From NCBI GenBank assembly GCA_964016885.1, contig OZ024748.1, forward strand, positions 30,318,001 to 30,382,000: a stretch of 64,000 nucleotides of DNA, read 5' to 3'. The notes under the pieces are model-generated. The model was not told where the DNA came from. It did no database searches and saw nothing but the letters and a program-made list of their open reading frames with translations. Below are positions 41,301 to 54,167 of this stretch, in pieces; position 1 is the first letter of the stretch; each line of letters starts with the position of its first letter. This stretch comes from Eledone cirrhosa (Eukaryota). Both the position numbers and the translations under genes were made by a program.

Positions 41301-44300
41301 ACTCTGCCAATCCACTGCCGTAAGCAGTTTAGTAATGAGAAATAATTAAACAGAATATGGAAAATCTGGGGGAGTTATAGGGGCACCATATTATCATATG
41401 ATGTTTCTTGGGCATTTTTTTAAAAGCCCAGCAGAACCCATCTCCTCTCCAGATCTGACTATAGCAGATTTCTTCCAGAAAAGTATAGACAGTGAAAGAG
41501 AGAGAGAGAGATTGGAAGTGAGAAAAAGATATAGGGGAACAATCGACACCAATACTTGATTGGTACGTATTTTTATTGACCTCAAATAGACGAAAGGCAA
41601 AATTGAACCCAGCATGATTTGAAATCAGAGAGCAGAGCCAAAATGAATACTGCAAAGCATTCTATTCAAAGTTCTAATGACTCTGCCAATTTGCTGACTT
41701 CAGTTGTACTTACCGTTGTGTAATTCATAGTAATTCCTTCTTTTACTGGTAATAAGACTGTAATTTTTTCTATTGAACTTGGACAAATAACAAATAGCAT
41801 CAAAGAGATCAAATTCAAATGAATGGCATTGTTCCCTTTTGAGACAAAGTCCTGCACAGTTGTCTATGGTGGATTGAGAAAATGCTCCAAGCTGACCACT
41901 GCCAGGAAGGGTGTAAGAAATGAAACGTGTAAAAAATTCAATTCCTAGAAAATAAATAGAAAAAAAAAACCCAAGAAAAAAGATAAAGTAAAAACAATCA
42001 ATTTATCAGGCTATGAACTTCAGTAAACTTAACTTCTTAAATACACACGCACACGCGCGCGCATGCACACACACACACACACATGTAGACCAGCGGACAA
42101 GTACCCAATATATATTGAAATGTATATAGAATAAAATTATGTTGTAAGTCTAACTTGGTTATTCTCTCTCAAATTATTAAATTTTGACCTCTGCAGTCCA
42201 TTCCTTAACAGTCTATAGCAGAATCGGTTACTGCTGGACCAAGGATACTGATTAGCATAGACTTCTATCATCTTTACTAGGATATATATTGGTAAACTCC
42301 AATATAACCAAACATATATATATATTAGAACAATGTTATCTCTGATCGAGATGAAGTGAGAGTGTATTTGAAAACTCATCGCTAGAACAGCCATTAAAAT
42401 AGCTAAATGCTGTCAAAGTCAGCAATGGGCAAAAAAGCCTTAGAGGAGAGAAACCAGTGGTTAACAGAGAGACAATCCACAAGGTGGGTGATAGGCAGGT
42501 GAAATATAAAAAAGATTCAAAGAGGAGGAAGACAAGAAGTGTGTTGGTGCACAAAAGTGACTGGAAGAGGAAATAAAGAAAGGCAAGTTTACACACACAT
42601 CTTCACCCTCATCAAGTCTCAAACCGGCAAAATAGTTTCGCTCGATTTAATTGAGAGTACCATTTTAAAATGCTGGATCATGCAACAGAAAAATAAATCT
42701 TTCTACTGGTATGATGTGTATGTGATAAAACAAATAGCAGAAACAGAAGGATGAAAGAAAACAAATAAAATAAAATAATGGGATAGTGGACCTCAAGCTG
42801 TGGCATCTGTCCTAAAGAGAAAACTAATCTCTCTATATATATATAAAATTCTTTGACTCTCTGTCTGTCTGTTTTTTCCTTATGCATTGCTCGACCAAAT
42901 CAAATCAAATTTTACAAGATAATAATATTAGATCCCTGGATTTGCGTTGTCACCTGGGAATGTGTGGGTTCATATTATATTCAGGGTTGTTCCATCATTT
43001 CAGTTCATCCATAGTTAGCGTTAAACAAACATTTTCCAGGAAGGATAGGAAAGATAATTGCAGTAGTAGCAGCAGCTATTTCCAGGGGTAATGGGTGAAG
43101 ATATATGTTTTGCTGTGGTTTGATTGGTTGATCAGTCTATGGTGGTATGTGGAGGCGGCTGGGATTTAACTTTGAGATAAAAGAGCGGCATGGTGGTTAT
43201 ATATATATATATATATCATACACCTACACCTACGGTAGTAGGTGTATAATATTCTTAAGGTCCCGTTTCGGTCACTCGCGACACCTTCAAAGCTTTGTCA
43301 CTAATTCAATTTTTGATAGAATTGGATGCGGCTTTTTGCACTTTATAAGCTACTTTTTGACATAAAAATATTGAAATTTGGTTCAGTAGAAAAAAAGTTA
43401 CATAAAAATAAGTGAGGACCAAAAGAGTGTAAGGAACTACATACATAAGTAAGGCTTAGTTTGTTTCTAATTTCTAATACATAAAAATAGTGATAGATTG
43501 TGCAATAGTGAATTGTGGTCAGGTAGCTCAGTCGGTAGAGCAGCGGACCGGCAATCCGAAGGTCGTGGGTTCGATTCCCACCCTGATTACTTTTCCTATC
43601 TGCACTTCTTCCTATTTATTATTATTATTTAACTTATTTGTTGATAAATATTTTTATTAATATTAATATAATATCCTTGCATTGCCTGGAAAAAAAGTGG
43701 ATTACAGGGAAAAATGCGGGCGCATGTAAAGAAATATTCTTAAATTAATAAACCTGGAAAAGTAAAGGACAAGAAAACTTCTTAAAATATTGCAGCTAAA
43801 GTCTAAATTTAAAAAAAAATATTTAGATTATAAAACTAAAAATAAATAATTATAAGTTAATTGTTAAAAAAATATCACTTTAAAGGACTGGAAAAATGAC
43901 TGTCTTATAGGGAGAGTTGACTACTGTATACTTAATTTTTTTCTTGGTGTATACAAATTAATCTTTTTAAAATAAAATTTGTACAATAATTAATTAATAA
44001 TAATAATAATTAATATGTACAATTTATTAATTTATGTTAAAAGATATTTAAAAATGTTCACTCTTAATCAAATTATATTTTTAAAAATTTAGTTATAAAA
44101 TAATGCAGTAAAATAAATCAAAAACAGTGCATCATATAATTGCACTTTTTATGAGTATTACAGATTTTTTTTTATAATATAGTAAAATTCAACATCTCAA
44201 GGGGCAAAATTAGGTAAAAGTCAATTCATCAATTATTCATTTATAGTGAATCAATCAATTAGATGAACTGTTGAATTAGACAATGTTTAATTTTTAATTG

Positions 44301-45378
44301 TAGTCTAATTTTACTCTACCTAAAAATGTAGATTGGTTATTTTGATCTCTGACAGGTCTTAAATTTCATTATTAAACAATTATAATTTGTTATTATTTAT
44401 CATTACAGTTGGCTCCCTAATTAATTATTAATTAATTGTTAGTGTCATTTACATGCCAAAATTTTGTTTTATTTGATGTTTATAATTGTCACTCATTTTT
44501 TCGGTCCCATTTAGTAAAGTAAAATAAAGTATATTTATTTAATGACCCAACCACTATGGTGTAAATTAGGATCACAAAATTAAATAAATGATCATAAATT
44601 AGTATTATTATCAATTAGAGAGTCAACTTTATTATTAGAATTTATCACTTTCTATGTATATTTAAATCAAATATTTTTTATTATTCAAATTTATACTATA
44701 GCTGCAATATTTTAAGAAGTTTTAAGAAGTTTTCTTGTCCTTTACTTTTCCAGGTGTAATAACTTGTCCTTTACTTTTCTAGGTTTATTAATTTAAGAAT
44801 ATTTCTTTACATGCGCCCGCATTTTTCCCTGTAATATATGTATGTATGAGTGTATGTGAAAAGTCAATGAGGAAAAAAAAAGAGAACAGTAGAGTACAAT
44901 GATGATGAATGTTAGTTTAACTTTTCATATAGTAGGAGATGAGTCTTAATGTTTCGGAATTTAGTCCTTCATCAGAAGATAGATGAGAAATAGAAGAATA
45001 GAAAGATAGACAAGAGTAAGAAAAGGAAAAAAATTAGAAAAAAATGTTTACATGAAAAAAACACGTGTATTTAGTCAGTTGTTTTGAAGGAAGGCAGCGG
45101 ATGACATATATATATAGTTTATGAGGAAGAAGCCAGTAATGTCATTAGCAGCGAGTTAATACAAGAATATCTTTGGTGACCACAATGAAATTAGAACAAT
45201 CTATCACACTGTGTACTACACATACCCCACAAACACACTCACACCACACTAACACACACACATAGTCACAAACCACACACACATACACCACACACTCACA
45301 CAAATACACACACATACCTGTTAGAGCACTGGCTACTCCACAAAACGCCACCAGAATTGTTGTTTCGAATAGTTTCAT
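32320..45378 (-). CDS. Secreted Pif/BMSP-like chitin-binding matrix protein, 753 aa: SP + PAN/apple + linker + 3 ChtBD2(CBM14)-type modules + LamG; exons 45378-45318, 41944-41714, 40522-39674, 39111-38917, 38247-38035, 37097-36951, 35402-35038, 33712-33619, 32874-32795, 32346-32320
   Basis: All GT-AG with consistent phases; 2262 nt open. MKLFETTILVAFCGVASALT; CAGLCLKREQCHSFEF..AICYLS..YYE; CNQYIEC...CAFGLFWD...C; LLLDFNG..MDNS.NG...YLISNC...PNQWQEASLNYNG...SFTGLIKEVRVYLCNP*. Confidence 0.88.
34120..34288. mobile_element. piggyBac-derived MITE
   Basis: TTAA-CCCTTTAGCATTC...TAAAGGG-TTAA, same left end as the 28443 element. Confidence 0.75.
35515..35960. repeat. Intronic minisatellite, ~80-90-bp unit, ~5 copies
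   Basis: Recurring tgaatgttgtgaag...gagatagctgggtcatgtgttgaggaaggatgaa...gagtcagtga. Confidence 0.85.
36354..36530. mobile_element. Foldback MITE
   Basis: gtataatctcgactgccgtgccaag... / ...cttggcaccgcagttgggattatac with ~60-bp imperfect arms. Confidence 0.65.
37300..37932 (+). mobile_element. RTE LINE 3' fragment
   Basis: GRSRKTWDGVIKADL, family 3'UTR and gatgatgat tail. Confidence 0.8.
38520..38872. repeat. Compound (TAC)/(CAC) trinucleotide microsatellite, intronic
   Basis: Alternating tactac and caccac blocks. Confidence 0.9.
40905..41093 (+). mobile_element. Full-length tRNA-derived SINE (Meta-like domain)
   Basis: A-box-like tggcagtatcgg, B box gttcaaatcc, central gcctttcatccttacggggtcgataaaataaagtacca. 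Other copies at ~8445, 22290, 41230, 41560, 49310, 52320 and 52520. Confidence 0.85.
43517..43589 (+). tRNA. tRNA-like cloverleaf with GGC anticodon (probable pseudo-tRNA / Pol III unit)
   Basis: 73 nt: GGTCAGG/CCTGATT acceptor, GCTC/GAGC D arm, (g)CGGA/TCCG(a) anticodon stem with loop ccGGCaa, GTGGG-TTCGATT-CCCAC T arm, then TTTT. Confidence 0.6.
43705..44831. mobile_element. Tc1/mariner-type non-autonomous element with ~120-bp TIRs
   Basis: TA-CAGGGAAAAATGCGGGCGCATG ... CATGCGCCCGCATTTTTCCCTG-TA; very AT-rich interior. Confidence 0.8.
44944..44979 (-). ncRNA. Minimal hammerhead ribozyme
   Basis: Minus strand: tctt-CTGATGA-aggactaaattcc-GAAA-ca-TT-aaga. Confidence 0.55.
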
Positions 45379-46124
45379 GTTGGTATGTTTAAATTTCTGT
45401 GAACCAATAAGGAGGAACTGAAAGAAATATCAAACATAGAAACAGAAAAGGCAACAACAACAACATTCATCATCATCATCATCACAGACCTCAAAGGTCT
45501 GTGGATACCTTCTGCATTTCTTGTCAGTCCATGTGCAGATGTCACTCATCCAAAGACACACACAAACATCTCAAATCTGTTATTAACTCTTAACATCCTG
45601 TAATGAAAATATCTAAAGAATATCTAAAGAAAATATCTAAAGACGGGTTTCTTAATTCAAATGTTTATAGTATCTTTACTAGTGGACAGATCATTGTGAA
45701 AACTTGCAGTATTATAATGAAGACTTTAATATCTAATGTGATGCAGTTGAAATGCTGATTTGTTCTTTTCAAAAATGTCTTCCTAAAGTGGTTGCGTGTG
45801 ATTTGTTAATTTAAAATCCCCATAGTATCTTTATGGACAGATCATTGTGAAAATTTGTAGCATTAAAGAAAAGAATTTAATTTTTAATATGATGCCGTCA
45901 TAGTGCTGTTTTGTACTTTTCAGGAATGCCTTTCTCATGCTATGTGGTACAGGACGTTAAGAGTTAAGTATGAAAAACCATGTTTGAAAAGAAAAGTCTA
46001 TACATGAACATTTAATCAAAGATTATAATCACCTTTTTATTGATTTATCGACTTCTTGTTGTTCCTTGTGGTTATTATTGGTTCTTTGGGTTCCACTTCT
46101 CAAAGAATCTTGATGAGGTGTGTG

Positions 46125-46163
<39 letters not shown>

Positions 46164-47762
46164 TACTGTGAGTATATATATGTATCTAACTGGGTATGTA
46201 AATATATATCTTACTGAGTGTGTGTGTGTATGTGTATTTAACCGTCAATATTGTGCATTAACAAGCAATATGAACATTTGCAGAGTATGTATGTTGATAT
46301 ATGAATATAAAAGTATATAAATGTGTGTATATTATACCTCCAATATATATACACCAGCGCCAATGCTACTCAGGTTCTACATTATGACAGTTATAACAGT
46401 CTTTTTTTATACTGTTATTCATCTAATCTCTCTATCTGTCAACCTGTCTATCCTACTATCTCTGTCAGAATGTCTGTCTGTCTGTTTGTCAACCTCTCTA
46501 TCCCTCTGACTATCTCTATCTCTCTAACCCCCCCCCCCCCCTCTATCAGTTTGTCTATCTATCATTTCTACCACCTTTATCAGTCTATCTATCTATCTAT
46601 CATTCCTCCTACTAGCTCTGTCTATCTATCAGTCTGTCTCTTTCCATCTATCTGTCTCGCATACTGCAACTATCCCTCTAAGTCTCCATCTCCCACCTTT
46701 CCTGCTTCACCCCCTCTCCCTCTTTCTCTATATCTCTGCCTCCATAACTTCAGTTGTTTCATTCAATCATGATGACACACATCTAACTCATTCTGCATAT
46801 ATACACACAACACACACACAACTTATATGCAAACACATATGCAAACACAAAGGCATGCATGCACACACAAAGGCATGCATGCACACCCACACACACAATT
46901 AACTGCAGTAAGAAAGTGGTTTTGCTTAAAATTGAGTTGACAACCACCACACACACATACATAATAATAAATAATAATGAAATTATTGTGTACAGTGCTC
47001 AGGTGCACTACAACTCGTCAAAGGCGCATGTATAGTACATAGAATAATATACAAATGTCAGGGAAGTGAATAGTGTATGAGTCATGATATACATGTACGG
47101 AGGGGGAATATTAGGTCATATATATATATATTTAAACTTACGCAGCTACAAATACACACATATAAATACACACACAACCACTCACATACAAACTGATATA
47201 CATCTACAAATGTGAGTTATATTATTCAGGAGTTTGAATGCTGTCTCTGAATCATCATAATCTAACATTCTTTTTTTCTTGGTAGTGAGGGTTGGATGGG
47301 AGATCAAGTTAGCACTTTATTGGAAATACTGACCTCTTAGATGGGCTGAGAGGTTGTTGTCTTTCACACAACTGAAGGCTCCTCTCATCCCGTGGCCAGT
47401 TTTATATGGCTGGGTGCCATTCCTATCACCAACCATTTTACAGAATGGGATGGGTATGTTTCATCATGGTATTAGCACTCAAGAGGTCATTATGCTTTGG
47501 AATAATACAAGGATCCTCACATCTCTTTGACTGGCCAGTTTCCTGTCATCAACCAATGGAAGTGGTTGTGTTTTATTGTGGCACCAACACTAAAGAGGTT
47601 GTCATACCTAACATAACTGAAAACTCCTCTCAACCCTTTGTTTGGTAGGTTTTCTATGGCTGGATGCATTTACTGTATAGATTACCAACACTAGAGAGGT
47701 TGTCGTACCTTTCACACAACTGAATATAAAAATAAATGCCTCATTAAATTATGGAACTTTAA

Positions 47763-48451
47763 CCTTTTTGATACCAACCTGCCCAAAACTGCTTCTGTTT
47801 CTATGAAACAAATTCAACCATTTAAAAGGGTTCCTACTTAAATTAAAATCTTCCAATATAATTTGATAAAAGAAACATATTTTAAGTTATGTTACAAACA
47901 TCATCTTAACTCTTTATGCCCTGTACCACATAAAACCACCTTAACCCTTTAGCATTTACATTACTCCATATTTACTATTGTATTTTCACGGTAAACACTT
48001 TATTTCACATAATTATCTCACATAATATTGAACCTACGAAATGTTGATATTATTTATTTTGAGAACAATACCTTAACATAAGTATGAGCAGCCAGTTGCA
48101 GCTGGTTTAAACAGAAAGAGGTGAGGGAATTCTGACCAGATACAGCCAGTTTAAATGCTAAAGGGTTAACAGGACATTCTTGAAAAGTATAAAAAAGCAC
48201 TAAAACTGCATCACATTGAAAAATTTTAAATTTAATTTTAGCTTACTGCAAATTTTCACAATGATGTGTCCACTAGAAAAGATACTATAAACATCTGAAT
48301 TAATAAACCACTCTTTAGGTATTTTCTGCTAAACCATTACATAATTTTAAGAGTTAATAGAAATCCTTAGTAAATTTAGTAAATCCTTCCAAATTCTTCA
48401 TTAATTAATTGAAATAGAATGTTTTTCATTATGAATACAATAACAAAAGGG
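47763..48451. mobile_element. Three nested TTAA-flanked MITEs (47763-48451 > 47910-48353 > 47945-48165)
   Basis: Each layer is bounded by TTAA. The middle family also occurs alone at ~45587-45963 and the inner family at 34120. Confidence 0.7.
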
Positions 48452-48721
48452 TTAATTTGTTTATGGAGCTCAACAATCTACAGATTATTCCTCAAAATTA
48501 TTGTTTGGGTGGCATTAAATGGATGAGAGATAAATCACCTGCTGACATGTCTAATAGAGTTCTAGATTAACATGCTAGTCTGGTAACATTCCCTGATAAG
48601 TTTATACATATTTACATATTTCTGACACCACCATCATCATCATCTGCCTCATTGTGGTTATATATATAATAGATAAATAATACACGCATATACACACCAT
48701 ATCATGTTATATATATATATA

Positions 48722-48783
<62 letters not shown>

Positions 48784-48816
48784 GATAAATAATACACACA
48801 CATACACACCATATGT

Positions 48817-48861
<45 letters not shown>

Positions 48862-49594
48862 ACATTATACATATAAATATCTATAACTTAGTCATAGCAG
48901 AATACAATAACACACCAGCACCAACATCACCTACTACCATCACTTACCACTACCATCAGTCAATCCTTAAATACTGTGTCCTAAGGCACAGCTGTGGAGT
49001 TGGCTGAGACTTTTAACCAATTCATAAATGCCTCCCAGTTATGTCAAACTGGATGTTATACACCATAGTAAATCTACCTATTAAGACATGTCAAAGTGGA
49101 GGAGGAAGTGATAAGATCAAAGTGACAAGATCACTTAATGTCTTGGCAGGTGTGATAACTTAACAGATTGAAAAGTGGTTGTGCAAGTGATTAAAGTGCC
49201 ATAGTGTGTGTAAGGAAAGAGCCAGTGTAGTTGGTGTAGATTTGAGATTACTGGGATATATATAAAAACATATATTGTTATACTTGGGGAGGGTCATATT
49301 GTTGTAATAATTGTTTCTACTTTTGGCACAAGGCCATAAATTACCCAGTGCATTACTGGTACTTTATTTTATCGACCCCGTAAGGATGAAAGGTAAAGTT
49401 AACCTCGGCGGGATTTGAACTCAGATCATAAAGGGAGGTAACTCTATGCTACAAAGCATGGTGTCCGACCCTCTACCAATACTGCCAATCCACCATTGGC
49501 AGAAATAATAACAGAACACACTCACTGTTTGGTTGGTTTTTGCTTCTGTATCTTTTATATTTCCTCAGTTAATTCATTTGGTCCTCAATGTTTC

Positions 49595-50226
49595 ATCATC
49601 ATCATCATCACCGTTTTACGTCCGTTCTTCCACACTAGCATGGGTTAGATGGGTTGTCCTGTTGTGGGCAGTGTCTGGTCGGTTGACCTTGCCTTGCTCA
49701 TACAGGAACTGATTTGGCTTGATTTCTACAGCTGGATGCCCTTCCTAACACCAACCTCATTTACAGTGAGTGCTGGGTGCTTTTTCGTGGCGCCTACATG
49801 TCCACTTTACAGTGTGGGCTGGGTGCTTTTTTGCCGTGGCACCTCCACGACCACCTTGCAGTGGGAGGGTGTGGGGGGGCATATTGTCTATATGCTTCAG
49901 CTTGTACCCATGGGAGGTTGAGTACTCTGTATTACTGCGTGACGCCAGAGGTCACGGTCGTGTGTCATCGCCTTTGAGAGGTGTAATTGGGTAAGGTCGG
50001 CTTTTATCACCTCATCCCAGGTCATCTTGGGTCTCCCCACTCCGCGGTTTCCATCGACTTCTAGTGCTCTGCACCTTTTACACAGCTGTCATCCTTCATA
50101 TGCATCACATGTCCATACCAACGCAACCGCCTCTCCTGCACACAGCATTTGATTCCTCTTATGCTCAGTCTCTCTCTCAATTCATTTATGCTTTGTCGTT
50201 CGCGTATATTACTATTACACATCCAA
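49595..50226 (-). mobile_element. RTE LINE 3' fragment, very similar to 535-1546
   Basis: (CAT)n tail and a 3'UTR nearly identical to 1210-1546. Confidence 0.88.
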
Positions 50227-51424
50227 TCTTAATACATCCTCTGCACATAGCACCCAGGTCTCCCAACCAAACATTTTGAAGTTCATTCACTATGAGTTTT
50301 AAAGTAGTGACTATGTCACTTACTTAGTCTCGGCAGTAACAAAGGGAAGCTGTTTCTCACTCATTAGCAGTTATCAAGATTGCATATCCCTTCACTTATA
50401 GAAGCTGGATTCTTATAGAATTCCAGTGATGCTTAAGAGCTGATTAAGCAGAGCAGTTGCCAGTCAAGCAAAAATTAGGAATTAGTATCAGAGCTCTGAA
50501 ATAGTGATGTATGTATGAATGTATGTATAGTATACTTGATAATATACTGTATGTTTATTTAAAAAACATTTTGAAGACCATTCGCTATGAGTTTTAAAGT
50601 AGTGACTATGTCACTTACTTAGTCTTGGCAAAAAAAAACTTAGTCTTGGCGAAAACAAAGGGAAGCAACCGACAGCTGTTTCTCGCTCGTTAGCGGTTAT
50701 CAAGATTTCATCTAAATAAACATACACAAACACGTATACACTCACAAATATTATATATAAATATAATTTACACAAACACACATATACATGCACACAAACA
50801 CTCACATAATCATAACAGCCAATGTGTGCAGCCAATTCACTATACATATATACACACAGATGTAGCGAATGTTAAACGCTACCATCCCCTCCTTCCTCAG
50901 TCAATGTCACCACCTCTTCCTTCCTCAGTTGACGTAATCACCCCTTCCTTCTTCAGTCTTCTCTAGTGTATTTCGGACAAATACACAAGGCTATTATATT
51001 AGTATATGATCGTTAATTGCTTTACCTTCAATGCAAACAATTCTACACCAAACCAATATTCTCTACAAACTCAATCAAATGCAATTCATAATATTCCTAT
51101 GTTCAACCCAACTCAGTAGCGACTCAGTACATAACTGGTACTTTATTTTATCAACCCTGGTAGGATGAATGGCAAAGCTGATTGTTTCTAACAAAAAATA
51201 CTAAACCAGAATTTTTTTTGCAGGGTGGGGGCTGATTCCAGTATTTGGTTTCTATTGGAGTTGAATAAAAAAAGTAAAGACATTTCGTCAGAGACTCTAA
51301 TACTTCTACCAATACACACTCTGATGATAGGGGTTGTCTCTAATTTAGTCATAAGGCCAGCAAATTTCAGGAGGTAATGGAAAGTTGATTAAATAGAAGT
51401 AATTGACTGGCACTTTATTTTATG

Positions 51425-52020
51425 TCTCCATCGCCCTCAGAGTGGGAGCTGGCGTCTGCATGGGTTTGAAGTGCCAATGCGGCAAACTCTTCGACTCCAC
51501 AGGCCTCCACGGTCTTTCTTGCCGCCTGAATGCCAGCTGCTTCATGCATTACACGGAGCTAAACCTCATTCTCAAGAGGGCTTTGGCCCGGGCGATCATC
51601 CCCCCAATCTTAGAACCATCTGGGTTGTCCAGAATTGTCTGCAAAAGATCTGACGGCCTTACCCTCTGCCCCTGGTTGAGAGGCAGGTGCCTTGCCTGGG
51701 ATGTCACGCTTAGTGACTCTTTTGCTCTTTCCCACATCCTGGATGCTGCGGTTAGGACGAGAGCCACAGCTTCCACAGCCGAGCGGAGTAAGACGCTCAA
51801 ATACTGTGATCTGTTGGCCAGCTACAATTTTCAGCCTGTGGCTTTCAAGACGTTTGGGGGGGTCGGGCCACTGACTGCAAGGTTCCTCTTTTCACTGGCG
51901 GCTCGCCTAATTGAGGTAACTGGCGAAACTTGCGAGGGCGCTTGGTTGTTCCAGGGCATTAACCTCGCCATCACCCGAAGCAAACCTGCAAGTGTGCTGG
52001 CTTGCCTCAAAAAGCATTAG
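51425..52020 (+). mobile_element. CRE-clade-like non-LTR retrotransposon C-terminus (Zn knuckle + restriction-like endonuclease)
   Basis: ALRVG...CQCG..DSTGLHGLSC...LEPSGL.R...KRSDGLTL.PW..GRCLAWDVT...AE..K..KY...FQPVAF.TFG. Confidence 0.75.
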
Positions 52021-52744
52021 AAAGGTTGCCCAGTATTCCTTGCGACGCTGCTGTCTTTTCTTTTGCTCTGGTGTTGACTCGGTTGTTCACCCCTTTCTTT
52101 ACATTTTCTTTAATATTGCAACATTAAAAGAATATATCCTTCTGAAAGAATCACGAGCAATTTATAATGTTATCTAAGCATTTGTAATGTTATTTATGTA
52201 TACTTTATTTTATTGAACCTGGAAATATGAAAGGTAAAAAGCTGGAACAAATATGCAAAGCATTTTATCCGACGCTCTAACGATTCCGCCAATCCACCGC
52301 CCCTAACAACAATAATAATAATTGTTTCTACTTATGGCACAAGGCCAGCAAATACATAGTGTATTACTGGTACTTTATTTTATCGACCCCGTAAGGATGA
52401 AAGGCAAAGTTGACCTTGGTGGGATTTGAACTCAGAATGGAAAGGGCCGTAACTCTATGCGTCAAAGCATGGTGTCTGACCCTCTACCGATACTGCCAAT
52501 CCATAATAATAATAATAATTGTTTCTGCTTTAGGCACAAGGCCAGTAACTTGAGGGGAGGGGAAAGTTGATTAAATCGACCCCAGTGCGTTACTAGTACT
52601 TTATCGATCATGTAAGGATGAAAGGCAAATCTAACCCCGGCGGGATTTGAACTCGGAACGTAAAGAGCCGTAACTCTCTGCCGCAATGCATATTATCCAA
52701 TGCTCTACCGATACTGCCGGTCCAAGATTTAGTGTAGAGTGTGG

Positions 52745-52843
52745 CTGACGTGCCGGAAGTGTCATTGATTGCATAGGAAGAAATCATCTCTCATCACTAG
52801 AGAGTATCCATACGGTGTCCAGATACATCCAGCGAATGTAAGT
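52745..52843 (+). promoter_or_regulatory. Candidate promoter/non-coding first exon of the ZNF gene
   Basis: TGACGT and CCGGAAGT (52753-52760), then donor gtaagt at 52838; matching strong acceptor ttatttttatttcag at 56555. Confidence 0.4.
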
Positions 52844-53364
52844 TCTTTTAACAGTAAATTGTTTGATTAATACTAGTTAATATAACTAGTATTAATTATC
52901 AAGTCATATATGTATCTAGTATAAACTCTATTGTCTGCTGTAGTATCAAAAATATATTATAGTTTTCCCTGTACATTATATAACTATTACATATATACAA
53001 TATATGAACAATATACTAATTAGCATTTCATCAGTTACGGCGACGAGTGTTGAAACGATCAACGGAACAACCTGTTCGTGCAATTAACGGGCAAGTGCTG
53101 AGCATTCCACAGGCACGCGTACCTTTAATGTAATTCTCAGACAAATTGAGCGTGACAGAATGTGTCAAAGCAGGCTCTTCGTCTACAACGCGCCGCCGGG
53201 AATCGAACTCACGACTTTGCGATCATTAACCGAATAACCTAAACCACACGTCTCCACACTGCAATTATACACCTTATTTGATTCGATATACATACACGCA
53301 CACACACATGATAAATCAAAACATATCTGATATGTTTTCATTTATCATATGTGTGTGTCTGTGT

Positions 53365-53560
<196 letters not shown>

Positions 53561-53968
53561 ACAAAAGATAAATCAAAACATATCAGATATGTTTAGAATT
53601 TTGTGTTTCTCAATAAGTAAGCTCAATAGACTTTATCTAGAGCCATAATAACCAAATTAAAAGATATATGTTTATAGTGAGAGTAAGAGAAAGACGGTAT
53701 ATTGTATATATATATACCAAATACATATTCTATTGAATATGTATTTGGTATATATACGATATATGGCCTTTTCTCTCTATAAACATGTATCTTTTAATTT
53801 GGTTATATATATATATATATATTCTATTCTAAGGCGGGTAAAGTTCTCTCCAGCGGTCTCTGTCCCTCATCGCTGCCACGTCCTGCGTCTCCAATAGACC
53901 AGTGTCTGTCCTTAGGGCATCAACATACGTTAACCTTGGTCTTCCTCTTCTAGTGTGTCCATGTAATG

Positions 53969-54167
53969 GATATTCTTTTTATCAATTACATTTTATTATA
54001 CATATTTCAGATGTACAACAGTACGTCCTCATCAGACAAAATATAATGATACATGACATACCCTGAGATGTTAAATGGTTAAGATTTAATCATATTTTGT
54101 CTGATGAGGACGTACTGTTGTACATCTGAAATATGTATAATAAAATGTAATTGATAAAAAGAACATC
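53969..54167. repeat. ~76-bp inverted repeat carrying a complete hammerhead in each arm
   Basis: Arms 53969-54044 and 54092-54167. Confidence 0.85.
54093..54147 (+). ncRNA. Hammerhead ribozyme (type I, Penelope/retrozyme-like); mirror copy on - strand at 53989-54043
   Basis: tattttgt-CTGATGA-ggacgtac(tgtt)gtacatct-GAAA-tatgta-TA-ataaaatg; 8-bp stem I, intact core. Confidence 0.75.

Noticed and set aside
42137-42277. Possible extra phase-1 exon of the Pif-like gene (VKMIEVYANQYPW...)
   Set aside because: Acceptor plausible, but no convincing phase-1 donor and no recognisable domain; the gene is in frame without it.
50272-50705. ~110-bp direct duplication
   Set aside because: Looks like a local duplication or repeat fragment; no TSD, PBS or other LTR hallmarks.
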